In this document: positions 57,668 through 64,000 of the stretch, piece after piece
Layout: each line of letters starts with the position of its first letter
Numbering within the stretch: the stretch's first letter is position 1
Source: Minisyncoccota bacterium
Lineage (GTDB): Bacteria; Patescibacteriota; Minisyncoccia; Phycocordibacterales; SW-6-46-9
Reading direction: 5' to 3'
NCBI GenBank assembly: GCA_040905385.1
Contig: JBBDRP010000002.1
Location: 149,337 to 213,336 of the forward strand
Length of the DNA: 64,000 nt
Program-made: the position numbers and the translations under genes
The notes under the pieces: model-generated
Database searches by the model: none
Seen by the model: only the letters and a program-made list of their open reading frames with translations
What the model was told of the DNA's origin: nothing

Positions 57668-58761
57668 AAATACTTTATTTAATAACAGGGTTACATACTG
57701 GTGGAGCTGAAATGCTGATACGGGATATTTGTGAGCGAGTCGATAAAGATACATTTGAAATTATTGTGGTATCTGTGCTACCAATTGGAGAAATAGGAGA
57801 TCAGATCAAGAGAGCAGGAACGAGAGTGATCAGTCTAGACGTCGCCTCTAAATTTAACCCGCTATCTTTTTGGAAATTACGTAGAATTTTAAAGACAGAA
57901 AAACCAGATATATTACATACGCATTTATTCCATGCTGATATTTTAGGAAGAATTGCTGGCTCACTTACTAGGATCCCCATTAATATTTCAACAATTCACA
58001 ATATGGAGTTTGGTGGCTCAATACGTGAGCGGCTCCTTCGTTGGACTCGATCACTAGTTGATAAGAATATTGCCGTATCGAAGATGGTAGCTGATAATGC
58101 GGTAAAAAAGGGAATAGTTAGTAAAGACAAGGTGCAGGTAATTTATAATGGAATTGATTTAGAAAAATTCCCAGATAAAAACAAAAAAGAGATGAGAGAA
58201 AGGCTTAATATTCCACAAGAGATGGAGGTATTTGTCTCTGTGGGTAGCCTGACACAACAGAAGGGGTATCAATATTTGATTCAGGCTGTGGATTCCATTG
58301 AAGCACAGGCGTTGTTTATCATACTGGGCGAAGGAGCTGAGCGTGAAAAACTAGAGATACAAATAAAAGAGCATGGTCTCCAGGGGATAGTAATATTGAA
58401 AGGTAACGTCGATAATGTAAATGAGTATCTACAAGCTGCTGATTACTTCGTCATGCCGTCGCTTTGGGAGGGCTTTTCTGTTGCCTTACTAGAGGCAGCG
58501 TGGGCTGGAAAGATTATCATAGCTACGGATGTCGGTGGTAACGGGGAGATAATTAAGGATGCTGAGACTGGTTTTCTGATTCCATCGAAGGACAGTAAAT
58601 CACTGACCAAGAAGATCAATAACGTTCTTTCACTGCCTGCAGAGGAAAAGAATCACATTAGTCAGCAAGCCCAAAAAGCCGTAAAGGAAAAATTCTCTAT
58701 AAACAACATGGTTGAAAAGCATGAGAGGGTATATCTTGAGTTAGATAAAAAATATGAATAA
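57664..58761 (+). CDS. GT4 glycosyltransferase
   Basis: GGAE, IYNGID, QKG, PSLWEGF..LEA. Confidence 0.93.
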   Translation: MKILYLITGLHTGGAEMLIRDICERVDKDTFEIIVVSVLPIGEIGDQIKRAGTRVISLDVASKFNPLSFWKLRRILKTEKPDILHTHLFHADILGRIAGSLTRIPINISTIHNMEFGGSIRERLLRWTRSLVDKNIAVSKMVADNAVKKGIVSKDKVQVIYNGIDLEKFPDKNKKEMRERLNIPQEMEVFVSVGSLTQQKGYQYLIQAVDSIEAQALFIILGEGAEREKLEIQIKEHGLQGIVILKGNVDNVNEYLQAADYFVMPSLWEGFSVALLEAAWAGKIIIATDVGGNGEIIKDAETGFLIPSKDSKSLTKKINNVLSLPAEEKNHISQQAQKAVKEKFSINNMVEKHERVYLELDKKYE

Positions 58762-59863
58762 AAAAATCAAAATTACATGGGTTACTATTTTTCCGCATCC
58801 TATCTATACTTTCATCTTAAATTCTTTAGGTAAGCAATCTAATTTAGACCTGACAGAGGTTATTCTTTCAGAGAATGTAAAGAAACAAGACTCAATGAAA
58901 CGTAGTTTTAAAACAATACCAACAAATGTACTAATGCCGTTTGGATTAAAGAATCTTAGATATATTAAGAATATTAAAAAAGTTTTACATAAAGAAAATC
59001 CAGATAAAATAATATTAAATCTGTATATCAGCCTTTATTCTATTCAGGTTTATTTGTTTGCAAAGAGGCAAAACAAAGATCTTATATTAGTATCTGAATT
59101 TAGGAATCCAGATAGAAAAGTCAAAAAAATACTCTTTTCTATTTGGAATTTTATTATTGGTAAAAAAATTATTAATTACAGTAAAAGAGTCTTGACCTGG
59201 AGTAAAGATTCCCAAAAGTTTATGCAAGATATCACAGCTGATAAAAGCAAGGTTAAGTATCTTCAGCCTGGAATTGATACTAATTTGTTTTATTCAAAAT
59301 CGAGTGACGAAATTCGTCTAAATGAACCGATGCAGTTACTTATGGTTGCAAGATTCATTCCCGTTAAGAATCATGCAGTATTAATAAAGGCACTTACTAA
59401 AATTCTATCTGAAAATAATAATATTGATATTACAGTGACTTTTCTTGGCGGTGGCCAATTGCGAGATGAGATTGAGAATAAAGTCAAAAAACTTGATTTA
59501 AGTGATAAAGTAAAATTTTTAGACAGAGTCCCTTATGAGAAAATAAGAGAAATTTACAATGAACACGATGTGTTAGTTTTACCAAGTAAAAAAGAAGCAG
59601 TTGGTATGGTAGTGCCGGAAGCAATGGCATGCGGCACGCCGGTAATCGTGTCTGATTCTGTTGGTGCCAAAGACTACGTTGTTGAAGGTCAGAATGGTTT
59701 TGTATTTAAAACTGGTGACCACGAAGAGTTAGCCGAAAAGATTTTGCGGATGTCTAAAATGGACCTGAATAAAATGGGTAAGCATGCCGCTAATCATATT
59801 CGAGAAAATTATGAAGCAGGAGAAGTCGCGGATCGATTTTATAATATTATAACCAAAGATTAA
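58754..59863 (+). CDS. GT4 glycosyltransferase
   Basis: VARF..KN, VLPSKKEAVGMVVPEAMACG. Confidence 0.92.
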   Translation: MNKKIKITWVTIFPHPIYTFILNSLGKQSNLDLTEVILSENVKKQDSMKRSFKTIPTNVLMPFGLKNLRYIKNIKKVLHKENPDKIILNLYISLYSIQVYLFAKRQNKDLILVSEFRNPDRKVKKILFSIWNFIIGKKIINYSKRVLTWSKDSQKFMQDITADKSKVKYLQPGIDTNLFYSKSSDEIRLNEPMQLLMVARFIPVKNHAVLIKALTKILSENNNIDITVTFLGGGQLRDEIENKVKKLDLSDKVKFLDRVPYEKIREIYNEHDVLVLPSKKEAVGMVVPEAMACGTPVIVSDSVGAKDYVVEGQNGFVFKTGDHEELAEKILRMSKMDLNKMGKHAANHIRENYEAGEVADRFYNIITKD

Positions 59864-59875
59864 ATGGAATCTCCC

Positions 59876-60602
59876 TTACAGAAGATTACAGTCATAATCA
59901 AAATTTATAAAATCTTCCCTGTAACGTTTTATGATTTTTTCAGTTAAGTCGTCAGTGTAGTAGCTTCCGATATCCCGCTTTTTTTCTGTAGTGTTCATTC
60001 TGGGGGGGGGGTGTGAGGTTAAATTTATTTATGATTGGCTCTATATCTTCTTTGAAGTTTTCTACTTTTCCTACATAATCTACCTTATCTTTTCCATTTG
60101 GGTATATTGTATATGTTTGAGGGGTAAAATGACCATCAGCATACCAATTTGGTATCATGCATACTTTCTCAGCAAATTCTACGAAAGGCATTTTGGGATA
60201 AAATATACCAAAATAATTTTCGTGCATATTCCAATAATATTCATCATGTATTTTATTTTGATAGCAAGAAACGAGACGAGTAAATGGATTTCGTGAGAAA
60301 GCAAAAACGAAGATATTTTCTGTATTAATACTTAAAAATTCTCTTTTAGTTAAATTAAGATGTTCATCTTTGTATCTATGGATAGATTGGTAGTCATCTG
60401 GATCGTAAGGAAGTCCAAGTTTATCAAAAAACATTCGATTTATACTTGTGTTGGCATTCTTAAATACCGAAATAAATATAACCCCTAATTCTTCATAATA
60501 CGTATATGTTTTCGGAGCATTTAAACCCAACAGAGATTGCGATAACTTGTATAAACTACGAAGCGTTCTACGAGTTGTCGATTGTTGTTTATATTGATTC
60601 AT
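59876..60602 (-). pseudogene. Sulfotransferase (Sulfotransfer_2-like), frameshifted at a homopolymer tract
   Basis: VFKNANTS, FSRNPFTRLVSCY, HFTPQ, VGKVEN; G10 at 60002-60011 shifts the YY..RYREDF..FDY C-terminus out of frame. Confidence 0.85.
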
Positions 60603-60712
60603 ACTTACATAATAGGCTAAATTCGCGGTAAATACGAGTAAAATTGCGAAGTCGCAGATCGATTTTATAAACTAATAAACGACCAAGGCTAGACTTTTAA
60701 CGCAGTTATTAG

Positions 60713-61948
60713 TTATATCTTTCTAAAGTAGTAAAACTCCATAATGCTTTGGAGAGCCTTACCAGCAATCATTGCTATCACTGCTCCGAGAATTCCGTAT
60801 AGAGGAATCAGGGAAGCCAGGAGCGCTATCTTTAAGATTGGCGGCACAGTCTTTATCATATACAGAGCCTTCTTTTTTACCTCTCCGACAAGAGCTGTAT
60901 TTAACAAAGAGAAAGGAAAGGCCAAAAGCATTAAGCTTAATATTTGAAAGTATACAACTGACTCAATGTACTGTGGGAAAGCTAGTCGGTAAATGAACGG
61001 TGCTATCAAGATCAACCCTGCAGTGATGGGGATCATGATAATAAGCAATCGCCAAAACTTATCCATAAGCCCGGCTTTCTTTTCATCGCTCATGTTGCCG
61101 TCACTTAGCTTCGGCAGGGCGAGGGTCGGGATAGGAACAAGGCTAATGAGTTTATTTATCGGCAGGATTGAGAACGAGTAGATGGCAACTTGTGCTGGTC
61201 CCATGAACTTCCACATCAGTACTCTGTCTAGCTCGTTGGAGGCAATGCTGATAATCCGCATAATAGTCAGACTTTTTCCATATGGAACTGTTTCCGGATC
61301 CTTGTCGTTGTTTTCGATCTGTCTTTTTGTTAGTACGTAGAATAAATAATTAAATACTGCGTAACTACCAAAAAAAGCTCCAACTATATAGATAACGTTG
61401 TTGGTTAGATAAATTGTGCTAATAAGAATGATCGTTGCTAGAACGGAAGAGTATATAGAGTATTTTGAGTAGACATTAAATTTTTTATTGCCGTTCCAGT
61501 ATGAAGAGAAAACTGTAGATGCATATTTGAGCGAAATAAAAATACCACCAACCAGAAATGACCAACCGAGAAGAGTGTTAGCATTGAAAAAGTACCATCC
61601 GGATACCATGAGCATTCCCAGCGATGCTAGCAAGCCCCAGGAGAGTTTTGCTCTAAAGGCCTCAACTAAAGAGCCTTCCATGTTCTTTGCTACACTTTTG
61701 GTAAGGGCGGTGTTGACGCCCGGTAGAGTAAAGATAGAAAGTATTCCGGCTACAGATAAAATGAATTGATACGTTCCGAATTCTTCTTGAGGTAGCCAGT
61801 TGGCAAAGGCCAGCATTAGTAGAAAGGAGGTTGCGATAGACGCTCCTTTAGCGATCGTTAACCAGAAGCCACCTTTGGCCACATAAAGCATATCTGTCTT
61901 GGCGTATTTTTGTGACTTCTCCAGTATTTTTTTTATCTTATCCTTCAT
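60713..61948 (-). CDS. Oligosaccharide flippase (Wzx-like)
   Basis: About 12 TM helices, EFGTY, YGILGAVIA; glycan-locus context. Confidence 0.85.
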   Translation of the reverse strand: MKDKIKKILEKSQKYAKTDMLYVAKGGFWLTIAKGASIATSFLLMLAFANWLPQEEFGTYQFILSVAGILSIFTLPGVNTALTKSVAKNMEGSLVEAFRAKLSWGLLASLGMLMVSGWYFFNANTLLGWSFLVGGIFISLKYASTVFSSYWNGNKKFNVYSKYSIYSSVLATIILISTIYLTNNVIYIVGAFFGSYAVFNYLFYVLTKRQIENNDKDPETVPYGKSLTIMRIISIASNELDRVLMWKFMGPAQVAIYSFSILPINKLISLVPIPTLALPKLSDGNMSDEKKAGLMDKFWRLLIIMIPITAGLILIAPFIYRLAFPQYIESVVYFQILSLMLLAFPFSLLNTALVGEVKKKALYMIKTVPPILKIALLASLIPLYGILGAVIAMIAGKALQSIMEFYYFRKI

Positions 61949-62002
61949 TTTAGTTATACTTATTGTACTGTATGAGTTGTGTAAAATCATTATTTAATTA
62001 GT

Positions 62003-62698
62003 ATGTATGTAGAAATAATCGGAGCTGAAGGCGCTGGAAAAACCACTGTATCCTTGCGAGTAAAAGAAATTCTTATCGAGGAAGGGACTGACTGTGCTTT
62101 TATGGAGTCTTTATTTTCTCGGAGGAGTCTACTCTCTAAGTTTTTTCGTGCTTTGTATTTGTTGCGCTTCTTCAAGTTTTCGATGTTGAGGATTTTTTCA
62201 ATAAGGAAATCGAGTAAGCCGAAATACCAAACAAGCTTCAAAAAGAATGTGAAGGATATCTATCTGTATCTTTCTATGCGTCATCACATTTCTTCTATAG
62301 AATCAAAGTCTAAGGAAGGAGTGGTATTGAGTGATCACAGCATTTTGATACGGTTAGCAACCCTTGTGTGCAAATCGGTGATACGTGAAGAAGAGGCGGT
62401 TAATATTGCTTTAGGCCTCATTCCTCAGAAAACTCTTTTTATCTATATGAATACGCCACCGGCAGATATTATGGATCGGCACAAGGAAAGAGGAAGGGAT
62501 TCAAAGCTTGTTCAGGATCTAAAAGATAGAGAGGAGAAACTTTCTGAGCTAAAAAAGTACAATGAAGTTATTGATAATATTTTGGAAAAGATCTGCTACA
62601 CTCGAGATGACCATTGCGTTACTCTTGATGGAAGAGTAACGGTAGAGACTAATGCTCACGATATCGTACAAAAAGTTACAGACTTACTGAAGCAGTGA
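62003..62698 (+). CDS. Thymidylate-kinase-like P-loop protein
   Basis: VEIIGAEGAGKTT, LSDH, TLDG. Confidence 0.75.
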   Translation: MYVEIIGAEGAGKTTVSLRVKEILIEEGTDCAFMESLFSRRSLLSKFFRALYLLRFFKFSMLRIFSIRKSSKPKYQTSFKKNVKDIYLYLSMRHHISSIESKSKEGVVLSDHSILIRLATLVCKSVIREEEAVNIALGLIPQKTLFIYMNTPPADIMDRHKERGRDSKLVQDLKDREEKLSELKKYNEVIDNILEKICYTRDDHCVTLDGRVTVETNAHDIVQKVTDLLKQ

Positions 62699-64000
62699 TG
62701 GAAAAGCAAAAACAACAAGATTTAATAGAAAAGTTATCAAAAGGAACTGTTGAGTTTTATAGCTATCAAGATGACTCGCTACCGGATATAGTGACTGACA
62801 ATCATGGTGTGAGCGTTTTTGTAAATAAAGAGGCGGCTGAATCTATCCAAGTTAATAAAGATTTATTGAGAACCTATTCTGACTTATCAGAGATTTATCG
62901 CAGTACTGCTGATATATGTTTTCTAGACGGGAAAGCAAAACGAGTTTTACTGGCTAAGTTTCCCGATAGCTGTGAGTATGTCTTGCTTCGATTGAGTATA
63001 GACGTGGATTTACTAGTAGCCCTGCCGGGACTGTTGCGGCGATATATGAAAGGAAAAGTGGCGGTGCTAGGGAAGCTTATTTTGGATACAAAAGACGGCT
63101 CGCAGTCCTGGCTGGTTATTAAACCACGCAATAAACAAGGAAATTCCACTGGTGGGTTTTCTATATCAAAAGAAGTTGGTGTGCAGGGTCTGCTTGAATA
63201 TCTAAGAGAGGAAAGGGTTAACTACGTCGTGCTGAGATTTTATGACGACCTTCCGAATCTTCACCGTGATGGAGGTGACATGGATCTTCTCGTTGCCGAT
63301 GAAGACAAAGAAAAGGTTGCTAAGTTTCTTGTGGATAATCGGGGTGAGATTCCGGTCGAAATTTTCTCGGTTTCTGATCCAAGCTATAGGGGTATTACGT
63401 ATTACCCGCCACCATTGGCAAAGGAAATTCTAGATAATTCAGTGGATGGACCAGCTAAGTCTCGCATTCCGGCACCAAAGGAAGCGTTTTTAAGTTTGGC
63501 ATATCATGCGTTGTATCACAAAGGTTTTGACGCCGGTATTCGGAGCAAAATTTCTCCGGACAAGGTGAATAAAAAACCTAAGAATGATTATGCTGCTAAA
63601 CTTTCTGTACTAGCTAGCACATCAGGAGTTGACATAGATATAACCATGGAGGACTTGGATGAGTATCTGGCGGAAGCTAGTTGGCGCCCCAAGCTGGATA
63701 CGTTAGCAAAAATTAGTTTTAAGAATAAATGGGTCTGGGAGAGATTTTTCTCTGATAAAAAGTCTGAGGAAATTGGTCTGGGTGTGTTTATTATTAAGAA
63801 AAAAGCGTTAAAAGAAGATCTGCATAATGAAATTGTAGCGGCTATTGAAAAGGAGAATTTTCTAGTTCTTGATCAAAAGAAGTTTAACGAAGACGAAAAA
63901 GAGCATGTCACGAAGCATCTAAGGGGAGGTAACTGGACTCAGCATAAAGCTGGAGATGATTTCCTTCCGGCCGCAGCGGTTGTTGTGCTGGATCCCCATG
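62698..64000 (+). CDS. Partial ORF containing a nucleotidyltransferase-like domain (runs off the window)
   Basis: ATG overlaps the preceding TGA; open to 64000; contains NYVVLRF..GGDMDLLV and AYHALYHKG. Confidence 0.75.
   Translation, partial: MEKQKQQDLIEKLSKGTVEFYSYQDDSLPDIVTDNHGVSVFVNKEAAESIQVNKDLLRTYSDLSEIYRSTADICFLDGKAKRVLLAKFPDSCEYVLLRLSIDVDLLVALPGLLRRYMKGKVAVLGKLILDTKDGSQSWLVIKPRNKQGNSTGGFSISKEVGVQGLLEYLREERVNYVVLRFYDDLPNLHRDGGDMDLLVADEDKEKVAKFLVDNRGEIPVEIFSVSDPSYRGITYYPPPLAKEILDNSVDGPAKSRIPAPKEAFLSLAYHALYHKGFDAGIRSKISPDKVNKKPKNDYAAKLSVLASTSGVDIDITMEDLDEYLAEASWRPKLDTLAKISFKNKWVWERFFSDKKSEEIGLGVFIIKKKALKEDLHNEIVAAIEKENFLVLDQKKFNEDEKEHVTKHLRGGNWTQHKAGDDFLPAAAVVVLDPH

Overview
64 kb of what looks like a Patescibacteria/CPR (Parcubacteria-like) chromosome using the standard genetic code. 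The taxonomy is inferred from gene content, a type IV pilus locus without a secretin, tRNA-Ile(UAU) and scarce SD sequences; the acidic core proteome suggests a saline habitat. Housekeeping content: tmRNA and smpB, ftsH, recG, clusterless mutY, ligA, gatCA, pyk, alr, murD, murC, rsmI and three tRNAs (Ile-TAT, Ser-GCT, Thr-GGT). Other loci: comF with a full pilM-N-O-(P)-B-T-C-A-D plus minor-pilin cluster followed by Ig-like surface proteins, a VirD4/TraG-like ATPase fused to an S1 domain, and an AT-rich surface-glycan island at the right end. Most striking signals: (1) a family of small palindromic DNA elements found between genes, around and inside tRNA genes, and in frame in proteins, notably at duplicated G|FT prepilin motifs in two minor-pilin leaders, with one 44-nt core identical to a copy abutting tRNA-Thr; (2) a free-standing HTH-LAGLIDADG gene followed by three tandem tRNA-Ser copies (scarred, intact, 3' fragment); (3) a promoter- and terminator-bounded, ORF-less, highly structured ~500-nt candidate ncRNA divergent from the ATPase-S1 gene; (4) DnaA-box-like sites at near-fixed spacing before pilus-locus promoters; (5) a G10 tract frameshifting a sulfotransferase. 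All family assignments are by motif recognition and no database searches were run.
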